From positions 179,513 to 243,512 of the forward strand of contig CAZRVK010000002.1 in the NCBI GenBank assembly GCA_964603585.1: a stretch of DNA of 64,000 nt, in the 5' to 3' direction. Every line of letters begins with the position of its first letter. Position 1 is the first letter of the stretch. The stretch comes from an uncultured Planctomycetales bacterium (lineage in GTDB: Bacteria; Omnitrophota; Gorgyraeia; Gygaellales; Profunditerraquicolaceae). Positions 10,458-19,968 of the stretch are shown in pieces. The position numbers were made by a program, and so were the translations under genes. Below the pieces are notes generated by a model, which was not told where the DNA came from, did no database searches, and saw only the letters and a list, made by a program, of their open reading frames with translations.

Positions 10458-11430
10458 TTTTGACCCCGTTCATTTTAAAACCAACTGCTATCCCCGCCAC
10501 AAGTATTACGGCGATAACCATAATACCCAAGCCATTAGAAACCTGGCTTATTATCACCCCAGAAATAGCAAAAACCAAGCTCAAGCTTAACATTAAAAAA
10601 AGCGCCTTACGATTAGAATGGCCGATTTTTAAGAACCGCAGGACAAGATGATCCCCGCTTTTATGGAAAACCGGCCTTTTTTGTTTGACCCTCATACAGG
10701 CCAAGAATATCGTATCGAAGATCGGAAACCCCAGGATCAATAATGGAGTAAGTAACGCCGGGTGCCTACCGCTCTGCGCGTAGCTGATTAAGATCGCGAT
10801 CCCCGCCAAGAAAAAACCCAGGAAATGGCTTCCGGAATTACCCAGATAAACCCTGGCCGGAGGTAAGTTATAGATCAAAAATGCCCCCACCGCACCAAGC
10901 AAGGCAGCCAATAAAGCCGCCGCCATTATATTTCCATTTAAAAAAGATATGATAAAGAATGCCCCGGCAACGATAACCGCAACCCCGCCGGCCAACCCAT
11001 CAACCACATCTAACAGATTAAAAGCATTAGTAATCCCGATCATCCAGAGAAAGGTAATAAGAATATTGGCAAAAAGCCCTATATGGATAATCTGTGTCCG
11101 TAAACCGGATAAAACAAGGATCGAAACTGCCAGAGCCTGAACAATTAACTTGGTTTTTACTGAAAGTTCCTTCAAATCGTCTATCATTCCGAAAATAAAC
11201 ATTGCCGAAGAAGCTAATATAAGCGCCATAACAGGCTTTGGCAAAAACATCACCGGGGTTATCCAAAGCCAATACACCAGAATAACGGACAAGATAATGC
11301 TTAGCCCTCCGACAAGAGGAACGCCTTTAAAAAGAAACTTGTGTTTCCAGGAAAGTTTTATTAACAGGACAAGCAAGACCAATCCTAAGAAAAAACTCAA
11401 GATTGAAAAAAGGATATATTGTAAAGCCAT
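10447..11430 (-). CDS. polyprenyl-phosphate sugar-1-phosphate transferase (MraY/WecA family)
   Basis: Polytopic membrane protein with a GMIDDL motif and NAFNLLDVVDGLAGG (the NxxNxxDGxDGL motif of the family). Confidence 0.8.
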   Translation of the reverse strand: MALQYILFSILSFFLGLVLLVLLIKLSWKHKFLFKGVPLVGGLSIILSVILVYWLWITPVMFLPKPVMALILASSAMFIFGMIDDLKELSVKTKLIVQALAVSILVLSGLRTQIIHIGLFANILITFLWMIGITNAFNLLDVVDGLAGGVAVIVAGAFFIISFLNGNIMAAALLAALLGAVGAFLIYNLPPARVYLGNSGSHFLGFFLAGIAILISYAQSGRHPALLTPLLILGFPIFDTIFLACMRVKQKRPVFHKSGDHLVLRFLKIGHSNRKALFLMLSLSLVFAISGVIISQVSNGLGIMVIAVILVAGIAVGFKMNGVKIDA

Positions 11431-11523
11431 GATGATCTGGTTTTATGATGCTTTAAAAAATACCGCCTAATCGAGTCAATATTATATCATAAATATAATC
11501 CGCGGATTTATTTAATCAGCGTT

Positions 11524-14500
11524 TTAACGACAATTCATTGAAAGAGGCACCCTGCAGCAGAGGATCTTTATATATCGAAAAACCCGCGCAGCACCCTTAT
11601 AGTGGCATAATACCGCTTTGACCGTTCGATTATACTCATCTAAAGCCAGCGTAGCTTTATCCTCACCTAATTGATGTTTACTGTAATTAGCCTCTTCGAA
11701 CCTTTCCGTAAAGCGAATAAAGGTTCTATCGGAAATACCATACTTATTCTCGGCTATCACGGCTAATTCTAACGGGGGGATGAATTCCAGGTTCTGCGGG
11801 CTTAAAATCGAGAGTAATTCATTTAAATTACGGTATAAGGCAATGATAAATCCTCTGGGATCACTGTGCATCAGGCGGCATAACCGCTGCTTGGCCTGTT
11901 CAGCGATTAAATACAATACGAGAAAAGCTGCTGACGCCGCCAAAAGAATTGATCCGAATACCTTGGCCGCAATAACAAAGATCCACTCCCAGGTAACAAT
12001 AACCGAAACCTTAACCGGCAGGCTTTCTACCCCGCCGTATTTCGCATTAACTGCAGTTTCTCCGATAATTAAAGGATTGATCTTGCCTTTTTCTATTTTT
12101 AGTATTCTGGGCTTAGAAACATGCCAAAGGACTTCTCCGGTCAAATCCAAGAGGCTGTCATCGCTATAATATCCTTCTGCCTTTAGAGTTAATTGATCGA
12201 ACATGGATATCCTTGGATCAGACGGGGACAGCAAAATAGAAATAAGTTTGGCGCTATCTACTGTAACTATAGCGTTATTGCTCTTTATCCCGGAGATCTG
12301 GGCATAAATACCGGCGCTTCCCACAGAAACGCCCTGGACTTGCCCATGTTTAGAAACTCTTGCGACCGACTCATCCTGGCTCACCCACTCTACTGCCGAG
12401 GTAAGGTCGATCTCGGTTTTATCGCTAAGCACCCCCTGGGCTATTATTTCTCCGCTGGCGCCAAAAGCAAAATTCTGGGATTCCGGGATTATTTTTATTG
12501 CCACCAGGTTCTTCTCTATTGCCTCTACCCCCTCGTCTCTTTCAGCTTGTTCATTTTTGGCACCTTCTTTTGAAAAATTCTCTTCCTGCTCTAAATTAAA
12601 ACCTATCGCCAAATACCCGCTCAACTCCTTTAGACTATTTGCCAGGTTATCTCCTAATTGCCGGCTGATAACACCCTGTTCCTGCAATTTATCTATCCTG
12701 CCTTCTATGGAACCAGTCTCTTCTTCCAGGCCTTTTAAACTGTCAGTTTGGCTTAATTTATCAATTCTACCCGCAAGTTCTTTTTTGGTTTCCGGATTAG
12801 AACTATCCAGGTGTTTCTTAATTTCATCTTTTTTCTCTCCAACCGCACGTTGAGCCTCGATTTTAACCAACTCTAATTCTACGTTCTGCATCTTTTGTTT
12901 CTTTACATCGTCACCGCTGTCCCTTTTATCTGTAATCTCATCACCGCCAGTCCCTTTACCGCCGCCACTGCCTTCTGCACCTCGAATTTGCCCAAAACCA
13001 TCGCTAACACCGTCGCTCTTACTGCCTATGGAAATAGATTCAGCACCTGCGGCGGTGTTCAAACCCTCTCTAGCGGATTGACCTTGGGGATCAATCTTTG
13101 CCGTTAGATCATCTGTTTTCCTGGACAAATCCTGTTTTTCCAAACGCTCGGCCATTGCCTTCTCTTCATGGCCAGAAGATGCCTGGCCTGCGGCATTGTC
13201 TTTATTTGCCCCTCCTTGAACACCCGCTTCAGACAGATTATCCGATCCAGCCCCGGCAGATATTCCTTTATTGGACTGGCGAGCTCCCGTTTCTTGCTTG
13301 CGCCCGCCTTTTTTGCCTGAACTTCTGGCAACCAAATCTTTTTTTGCATCATACAATTTCTCTAACTCAATGATGATCAGGCGTTGCCCGGAAGAAGAAG
13401 CGCTTGAACGAAAATCATCTATCTTTTTTTGCAGTAAATCCAGGTCTTGCATGTTTTCCGCGCGTTTTATACCTTCCAATGCCTGGTTAAAATCTTCCCT
13501 GGCAAAAGCTTCTTGCAAATCACTCTTTACCATTAAACTATCCAGCTGTTGAGAAATAACCTGCTCATCTAAATGAACATCCAAATCTGCCGCCCCCTGT
13601 TCAGGCAGGTGTCGGCCTTCTATTTCTACATTTTCCAGTTCCTCCAGGATAGCCTTAAGATCATCGTGGTTATCTTCCAATTTAGCCGCACTTACCGAGT
13701 ATTCGAGCTCGTCGATCGTCTTTTCCGCCTGATCCAGCTTAACTTTGGAGAGATTTGTTTTCTCCAAACCTTTCTTCAGCGTGCGGTTTTTTTGCGCCAT
13801 AAGCATTCCCACTTTTAAAGAAAGCACTTCCTCCATATCCTCAATTATGTTTTTTTGCGCACCAACCGCTAATCCAGCCAAACTTTCCATTTGTTCCTGC
13901 ACCTGTTTTAAGCTGGAGGATTTACTCATTTTTTCAATATTGCCAAGGGCATGAAATAAAGGATCCCGCATCTCTTTGCCTTCTTCGGAGATCTTTTGCT
14001 TCAACTCTTTCATTTTCTTTAAATAAAGCTGGTAAAGTTTCCACTCTTTAAGAGAAACCACGGATGTTTTTTCTTCTTTTTTCAATTCCTTGTCCAATGA
14101 AGATCCCATGATCTCCGTATATGCGTTTTTTGCGTTTTTAACTGCCCCCTCCGAAGTATCGCTTTTCTGGATCCTACTTGTAGACTGATATATAAGGACC
14201 CGGTCTTTTATATTCAGGGGGTTGCTTTTTAGAACCTCCATTGCCTTGTTACGGGATATTTGCATATTTAAGAGCGCTTTGGTCTCCAGATAATCATTAG
14301 CTAAGGTTAAAATCTGCTCTGTATCATTTTTCTCCAGCCCCGGGCCTGGCTCCTTTAAAAGACTGACCAGCCCCTGATGCGCCGATTCCACCTCCACAGT
14401 ATCCGCGGAGTTTTTTATCAGGCGCTCTATAAAGCTCAATACCTGCCGGGCTGTTTCTACGGAGTCGGTCTTATTGATCAGGACGGTCGTTTCATTTTGC

Positions 14501-15192
14501 AGGCCATCCTGCAGCCGGTAGTAATTCTCTTCCAGTTTTTCAAAAGTATCTTCCATATCTGTTGCGCCAAGGCGGAAAATGCCTCCGCCAGATCTATAGA
14601 CCAGAGATTTGGTTAAAGCCATACAAGAAATGATCACTCCGCAGATAAAAATTGCCACGGCAATGATAGTGGAATACTCCCGGGGCATAGAACCACCGAT
14701 CGGAGAATGCGCAAGCCGGTAAAACTTTATTTTTAGAATAGCAAAACAGATGACAATGAATAAAAATGCTTTAATAACCACTGCCGGGGAGAAATCCTTG
14801 ATAAATACCGGCAAGCACCAGAACAAAAGTACAGAGATAACCTGGAGGTAAGAGAGTGTCCGTTGGCGAAATGCGCTAACGGCCAAGATGGTCGCCAGCA
14901 AAAATCCTCCTTTTACGCAAAGGAGCATAATGTTCTTATAGAGAAAAGCCGAATTCAAGAAGGTATGCACAAACCAGCCAAAAACCGCCATCACGGCAAC
15001 GTTCATGATTATATTGCGGACAGGAGAAACCTGGTCTTGGGTATAAAATGCAGCGACAAAAGCGCTAATGATACAGAGCGCAAAGAATAATCCGCTGTAG
15101 GGCAAGGCCGAGCCATATAATAATATTAAAATAAGAAAAAGCCCGAGGGTAAAAATCAGTTCCATATACCGATAGGCATTGTTCTCTTTCAT
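11524..15192 (-). CDS. giant membrane protein with a DUF4129-like C-terminal domain (TgpA-like architecture without a transglutaminase core)
   Basis: 1222 aa. The N-terminus has ~6 hydrophobic helices. It is followed by a long E/K/Q-rich coiled-coil and a G/S-rich low-complexity stretch, then a Big_2-like Ig region. After a late TM helix the C-terminus reads ALYRNLNELLSIL..FIRFTERFEEANY.. (DUF4129-like). Last gene of the MoxR-DUF58 operon. Confidence 0.5.
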   Translation of the reverse strand: MKENNAYRYMELIFTLGLFLILILLYGSALPYSGLFFALCIISAFVAAFYTQDQVSPVRNIIMNVAVMAVFGWFVHTFLNSAFLYKNIMLLCVKGGFLLATILAVSAFRQRTLSYLQVISVLLFWCLPVFIKDFSPAVVIKAFLFIVICFAILKIKFYRLAHSPIGGSMPREYSTIIAVAIFICGVIISCMALTKSLVYRSGGGIFRLGATDMEDTFEKLEENYYRLQDGLQNETTVLINKTDSVETARQVLSFIERLIKNSADTVEVESAHQGLVSLLKEPGPGLEKNDTEQILTLANDYLETKALLNMQISRNKAMEVLKSNPLNIKDRVLIYQSTSRIQKSDTSEGAVKNAKNAYTEIMGSSLDKELKKEEKTSVVSLKEWKLYQLYLKKMKELKQKISEEGKEMRDPLFHALGNIEKMSKSSSLKQVQEQMESLAGLAVGAQKNIIEDMEEVLSLKVGMLMAQKNRTLKKGLEKTNLSKVKLDQAEKTIDELEYSVSAAKLEDNHDDLKAILEELENVEIEGRHLPEQGAADLDVHLDEQVISQQLDSLMVKSDLQEAFAREDFNQALEGIKRAENMQDLDLLQKKIDDFRSSASSSGQRLIIIELEKLYDAKKDLVARSSGKKGGRKQETGARQSNKGISAGAGSDNLSEAGVQGGANKDNAAGQASSGHEEKAMAERLEKQDLSRKTDDLTAKIDPQGQSAREGLNTAAGAESISIGSKSDGVSDGFGQIRGAEGSGGGKGTGGDEITDKRDSGDDVKKQKMQNVELELVKIEAQRAVGEKKDEIKKHLDSSNPETKKELAGRIDKLSQTDSLKGLEEETGSIEGRIDKLQEQGVISRQLGDNLANSLKELSGYLAIGFNLEQEENFSKEGAKNEQAERDEGVEAIEKNLVAIKIIPESQNFAFGASGEIIAQGVLSDKTEIDLTSAVEWVSQDESVARVSKHGQVQGVSVGSAGIYAQISGIKSNNAIVTVDSAKLISILLSPSDPRISMFDQLTLKAEGYYSDDSLLDLTGEVLWHVSKPRILKIEKGKINPLIIGETAVNAKYGGVESLPVKVSVIVTWEWIFVIAAKVFGSILLAASAAFLVLYLIAEQAKQRLCRLMHSDPRGFIIALYRNLNELLSILSPQNLEFIPPLELAVIAENKYGISDRTFIRFTERFEEANYSKHQLGEDKATLALDEYNRTVKAVLCHYKGAARVFRYIKILCCRVPLSMNCR

Positions 15193-16430
15193 TTTATCCC
15201 CTTTAGAAAGATTTCCTCTAAATTGTCTCCCCGGGAGATAAGAATCGGGGAAATATTATATGCCTTGGACACCTTCATTCTGACGTCTTGCACAACTTCC
15301 TGGTTTTCTATCGAATACAGGAATGTGGAGGAAACTAAAATCAATGGCAACAAGCTAACGTTCCTCTTCTCCAGAGGGATCATGGCGGGCAGATTATTCC
15401 ACTCCTTATCCAGCATGATCACAATCAGATTCGAATCCCGCGGGATATGCAAAGATGCGTCTTCGAACATTTCTCCTAAACTGATCTTGCTCTGTGCTTG
15501 GGCCGAGGCCAAAAACTTTAATATCTCCTCCAGATGAGCCTGGCCTTTATTAAAAGGAATATGCACAGCTTCATTGGCCTGGGAGATGATTTCCAGAGAA
15601 ACGTTCTTTTCGACGAGATATTTCGCCACCGAAGCCGCTAATCTGATCATGTATTCGGCAACACTTTCTCTGCCTGAACCGAAATTATCCTCCTTGCGTA
15701 AATTAAGCATTATCGTCGCCCGGAAAAAATTCTGGGGCTGAAGCTGTTTGATGATCAGCTTATTCTGTCTGGCAGTAGAGATCCAATGGATCCGGTTAAT
15801 CGGATCACCGGATTTATACTCCCGGATCGCGAAAAACTCATCTTCATCCCCGAAAGAACGGGAAGAATTGATACCGAACCAAGGCAAGGCCCCCTTTATC
15901 ATTTCAGGGAAATCGCGGATTTTGAAAGTCCGCGGGTAAACATATACCTCGGAATATACCGGGTATGTCTTTTTAATAAAAAATATCCCGAAAGGATCAA
16001 AGAAATAAATCACTGCCGGCCCTAAAATATACCGGCCGCGCTTATAAGTTGAGCAAGTATAATTGACAGCCGCCTGGCTTTTCGCTAACAAATAATCCAG
16101 CCTTGCCCTCTTAAACCGTTCTGGTTCCGCGGCACAAGTCAAATTATCCTGTATGATCAAATTAAATACAGGGAAAAACCCCTTATTCCGGACAAACATC
16201 CTGACTTCTATAATATCTAATTCATCTACTTTCTCAATAGCCTCCCGGGATAAAGATAGCTTTGCCAGAAAATATTCTAAGATCGTCCAAATCATGCTTA
16301 TCGCCATGACGGAAGACAAGAGGTAAAAAATAAACAAGAAAAACCCCAGCGCGTTTTTTAGCCCCATAAAAAGGCTGAACGCCATCACAAACAAAAGAAA
16401 AACTAATTTTTTTAAGCAGGTTTTAAGCAT
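15189..16430 (-). CDS. DUF58 domain protein (vWA-like, MoxR partner)
   Basis: Two N-terminal TM helices and a DPINRIHWISTARQNKLIIKQ motif typical of DUF58. Overlaps the MoxR stop and the downstream giant gene. Confidence 0.7.
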   Translation of the reverse strand: MLKTCLKKLVFLLFVMAFSLFMGLKNALGFFLFIFYLLSSVMAISMIWTILEYFLAKLSLSREAIEKVDELDIIEVRMFVRNKGFFPVFNLIIQDNLTCAAEPERFKRARLDYLLAKSQAAVNYTCSTYKRGRYILGPAVIYFFDPFGIFFIKKTYPVYSEVYVYPRTFKIRDFPEMIKGALPWFGINSSRSFGDEDEFFAIREYKSGDPINRIHWISTARQNKLIIKQLQPQNFFRATIMLNLRKEDNFGSGRESVAEYMIRLAASVAKYLVEKNVSLEIISQANEAVHIPFNKGQAHLEEILKFLASAQAQSKISLGEMFEDASLHIPRDSNLIVIMLDKEWNNLPAMIPLEKRNVSLLPLILVSSTFLYSIENQEVVQDVRMKVSKAYNISPILISRGDNLEEIFLKGIK

Positions 16431-16431
16431 T

Positions 16432-17358
16432 TTATGGTATCGGGATGCTTTTTACGATCTCATTTACCAGTGATTCCGTTGTTTTCCCGGCAATCACCGC
16501 CTTGGGCTGTAAGGCGATCCTGTGCCTTAGAACAAAAGGTAAAAGTTTGATCACATCATCCGGGATCACATAATCCCTGCCTTCTAAAAATGCCCAGGCA
16601 GATGATGCTTTCATCAGGGCAATGGATGCCCTGGGGCTGGCGCCTAATTTGATCTCTTCCATTTTTCGGGTAACTGAAATCAGGTGCACTATATAATCCA
16701 TAACATTGGCGGAAACCTCTATATTCTTCACCTCTTCTTGCAGTTTTAAGATCTTTTCCAGTTCCAATACCGGCTTAAGGCTTTCCACCGGATGAGTTTT
16801 CTTTTGTTCCAAAACGACCTTTGACTCTTCCTCCCGTGAAAGATACCCCATACTGATTTTCATTAAAAACCGGTCTATCTGCGCCTCCGGCAATGGATAT
16901 GTCCCTTGAAATTCAATGGGATTCTCGGTCGCCACAACCATAAATGGGCGGTTCAATGCAAAGGTATGCCCGTCAAGGGTAACCTTGGATTCCTGCATAC
17001 ACTCCAAAAGCGCTGACTGTGTCCGGGGGCTGGTACGATTAACTTCATCTGCCACAAGGATATTAGTAAAAACCGGGCCTTTACGAAAATCGAAATCCGA
17101 GGTTTTAGAATTATAGACAAAACCCCCGGTTACATCCGAAGGTAATAAATCCGGCGTAAACTGTATGCGCTTAAATTCCGCGTTTATTGATTTGGCCAGT
17201 GCCAAAGATAACATTGTTTTTCCGGTGCCCGGGACATCTTCAATTAAAATATGCCCATTGGTCAACAACCCGGTAATCAACAGCTTGACTATTTCCGTTT
17301 TCCCCACAATAACCTTCTCAATATTGTCCACCAATATTTTTAATGATTCATTGCCCAT
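16432..17358 (-). CDS. MoxR-family AAA+ ATPase
   Basis: LIEDVPGTGKT Walker A, 308 aa, and the typical MoxR length and order (MoxR then DUF58). Confidence 0.85.
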   Translation of the reverse strand: MGNESLKILVDNIEKVIVGKTEIVKLLITGLLTNGHILIEDVPGTGKTMLSLALAKSINAEFKRIQFTPDLLPSDVTGGFVYNSKTSDFDFRKGPVFTNILVADEVNRTSPRTQSALLECMQESKVTLDGHTFALNRPFMVVATENPIEFQGTYPLPEAQIDRFLMKISMGYLSREEESKVVLEQKKTHPVESLKPVLELEKILKLQEEVKNIEVSANVMDYIVHLISVTRKMEEIKLGASPRASIALMKASSAWAFLEGRDYVIPDDVIKLLPFVLRHRIALQPKAVIAGKTTESLVNEIVKSIPIP

Positions 17359-17377
17359 ACCCCCTCCTTTTGACTAA

Positions 17378-18517
17378 TTAATTATTTACCGATCTCTGAT
17401 AAAGCCAACTATGCTCTTCTACCATATGCTCAAGGTTAAACCGTATTCCTAAATAATCCCGGGCATTTTTAGCCAGGCAAACACGTAACTTATCATTTTT
17501 TAGTAAAGTAACCGTTTTTTCTGCCAAGGATTGCAAATCATGGGGAGTAACCATAAATCCTGTATAGGAATCTTTGACTACCTCGTTGACCCCTCCGGTA
17601 TCGGTAACTACAACCGCAACTCCGGCAAGCATGGCTTCTAAGACGCAGATCGGCTGCCCTTCCCATAATGAGGTCAATACAAATACATCCAGTGACGCCA
17701 GCAACCTCTGGATATCCCTGCGCCAGCCAAGTAAAATAAATTCTCTCTGTAAAGAAAGCCGCCGGATCCTTTCTTCTACTGCGTGCCGCAAACACCCATC
17801 CCCTGCCAAGATAAATCTGGTCTTAGGAATTTCCTTATGGATCAGGCCCGCCAAGGATACAAAGTCCAGAGGAGCCTTTTGCGGCTTAAGGCAGGCAACC
17901 ATGCCTACGGCAAATTCATCATCTGCCAGGCCAAATTCACTCCGGCAGGACAACGTTTTATTGGAAAACTCCTCGTAGTTCAAGCCATAACGGATCAGCT
18001 TGTATTTTTCGGAATAAGCGATCCTTTGCGCCAGGCCTTTTTTACGGTCATATTCGCAAACAACAACCAGGCAATCGGTAAGACTGCCGCATATCCTTTC
18101 CAATAAAATATACAGGCCTCGCACCAAAGGATGCTGAAAATCATTAAAGCTCCATCCATGCACCGTATGAATGATATTTTTTACTCCGGCCAGATGCCCG
18201 CCCAGGCGGCCAAGAATGCCGGCTTTGGAACTATGCGTATGCACAATTTGTATCCGGTTTTCCCTGATAAAACGGTATATTTCGATCAAACAGATCAAAT
18301 CGTTTACCGGACTAATCGGTCTCTCTAAAAACCGGGATAGTTTTAACTTTAACCCGGGAATCCCTCGAGCTTCATCGAGCAATAAACCTTCTTGAGCGGT
18401 AAATAAAAATACCTGGAAATCCGCTTCATCCAGCCTGCGGATAAGGCTCAACACCTGCTTTTGAGCCCCGCCCAATTCCATTTTTGTTACGATATAAAGG
18501 ATATTGATCTTAGGCAT
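17378..18517 (-). CDS. GT-B fold glycosyltransferase (family 4-like)
   Basis: 379 aa. The C-terminal E..TGGVNEVV region is typical of GT4 retaining glycosyltransferases. Confidence 0.7.
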   Translation of the reverse strand: MPKINILYIVTKMELGGAQKQVLSLIRRLDEADFQVFLFTAQEGLLLDEARGIPGLKLKLSRFLERPISPVNDLICLIEIYRFIRENRIQIVHTHSSKAGILGRLGGHLAGVKNIIHTVHGWSFNDFQHPLVRGLYILLERICGSLTDCLVVVCEYDRKKGLAQRIAYSEKYKLIRYGLNYEEFSNKTLSCRSEFGLADDEFAVGMVACLKPQKAPLDFVSLAGLIHKEIPKTRFILAGDGCLRHAVEERIRRLSLQREFILLGWRRDIQRLLASLDVFVLTSLWEGQPICVLEAMLAGVAVVVTDTGGVNEVVKDSYTGFMVTPHDLQSLAEKTVTLLKNDKLRVCLAKNARDYLGIRFNLEHMVEEHSWLYQRSVNN

Positions 18518-18522
18518 ATCAA

Positions 18523-19272
18523 TTATTTATATTTTAACACGATTTTTCCCCAACTGATCAGGTTTCCGCCAATAATAATCAAGGCGCCTAACACCCCTTT
18601 TATCGAACGGGCAAAATTTATACTTTTATCCAAATCATCTTTCGACCCAACCAAATTAGCCGTAGCCGTAGCCACCGCATCGGCTAACCCAGGGTCTTTT
18701 GATAAGATAGTTACGCTGTCTGCCAAACCGAAACTAAGCGAATGTCCAATAGTCCCTGATGAAGTACATACTCCAAGAGGCGTATCAGAAGGAGGAATAA
18801 ATAAGCCCAGGCCCTTTAAACTCCGGGCCCCCCCGGTATAAACCCCGATCCGACAAGGTTTGGAAATTTTCAAAAAAATATCTCCTCCATTCTCGATGAT
18901 TATATCTTTATAACCAAGACGGATGAAATCGCGTCCTAAATATCCGGCGATACTCCCCGCTACTGCCGCCATTGGCCCGACATTGGCTTTTTTAGCATAA
19001 CCACTCATTGACCGGACGATTGCTGGTGCGTGCATCTCTACTGGCAAAGGCTTTAAACTGTTTAAAAATCTTTCATCCCTTAAAATATATTGCTGGATCT
19101 GGCGCCGGTATAATAAAATCCTTTCTTTCAAAAAGATTTCATCGATTGCCTTATCTGCCGACACCTGTAAATCGGTTTCCCCTATTACCTGGCGATAAAG
19201 ATACCGGCCTTTGCCCCTGACCCAATCCCGGTAAAACCTTTTTTGGTATCCATTGGTTTTCACTGCACTCAC
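18523..19272 (-). CDS. UPF0280-like conserved protein
   Basis: 249 aa with a GTG start. An ..RFYRDWV.. N-terminal motif resembles UPF0280 family members. Low certainty. Confidence 0.35.
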   Translation of the reverse strand: MSAVKTNGYQKRFYRDWVRGKGRYLYRQVIGETDLQVSADKAIDEIFLKERILLYRRQIQQYILRDERFLNSLKPLPVEMHAPAIVRSMSGYAKKANVGPMAAVAGSIAGYLGRDFIRLGYKDIIIENGGDIFLKISKPCRIGVYTGGARSLKGLGLFIPPSDTPLGVCTSSGTIGHSLSFGLADSVTILSKDPGLADAVATATANLVGSKDDLDKSINFARSIKGVLGALIIIGGNLISWGKIVLKYK

Positions 19273-19335
19273 CGGCGATTTCTTGTACTGATAAAAAATA
19301 ATATATTCTATGGCTATTTATTTCACCTTCTGGAT

Positions 19336-19968
19336 TTACTCTAACCGGACCCCCAAAGAAAACAAATCTTTCTTAAGCTGATCCGGGTTTTGAAAAACAA
19401 AACCATTTATACCCAAGCTCCTGGCTTCTTCTATCAACTCGGCGCGATCATCAGTATAAAAGGCGTTTTCGGGCAGAACATTCATCTCCTTCAAGGCCCA
19501 AAGATAAATTTCATGGTCTGGTTTCTTTCTTTTTAACTGGCAGGAGGCAAAGATATGGCTAAAGATATCCAGGACGGGAAAATGATTCTTGATGTACTCC
19601 AGATGTAAAATATTAATATTGGAAAGCAGTCCGATCCGGTAATACGCTTTAAGTGACTTGGCTAAGGCGTATACCTGGCGGTTATGCTCGCTAAAAAAGA
19701 AGATCTCGTTCCAGATCGGCAAAAACTTTTCGTAAGAAATATCCGCCCCCAACAGGTCTTTAACCTTGAGGAAGAAATCCTTGGGACCGATCAATCCTTC
19801 CTCAAAAGCGCCGGTAATGCCGGAATCAAAAAACAGCTGGTATATCTCTTCGACGGTTTTATTGGTATAAGGTTTAATGCCCCTTGCTGCGATCGAGTGG
19901 TCAAAATCAAGCAAAACATTCCCCAGGTCAAAGATTACCACCGAAATGGTTGCGCCGGAGCGGGTCAA
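19336..19968 (-). CDS. HAD-superfamily hydrolase
   Basis: N-terminal VVIFDLGNVLLDF (DxG/DxD motif I of HAD phosphatases). 210 aa. Confidence 0.6.
   Translation of the reverse strand: MTRSGATISVVIFDLGNVLLDFDHSIAARGIKPYTNKTVEEIYQLFFDSGITGAFEEGLIGPKDFFLKVKDLLGADISYEKFLPIWNEIFFFSEHNRQVYALAKSLKAYYRIGLLSNINILHLEYIKNHFPVLDIFSHIFASCQLKRKKPDHEIYLWALKEMNVLPENAFYTDDRAELIEEARSLGINGFVFQNPDQLKKDLFSLGVRLE

Noticed and set aside
11497-11508. 12-nt perfect palindrome AATCCGCGGATT in the spacer between the MoxR operon and the glycan cluster
   Set aside because: It is too short and isolated to call an operator or terminator (no U-tract, no second copy seen). A weak candidate -35/-10 (TTGACT...TATAAT-like) nearby could not be phased convincingly.
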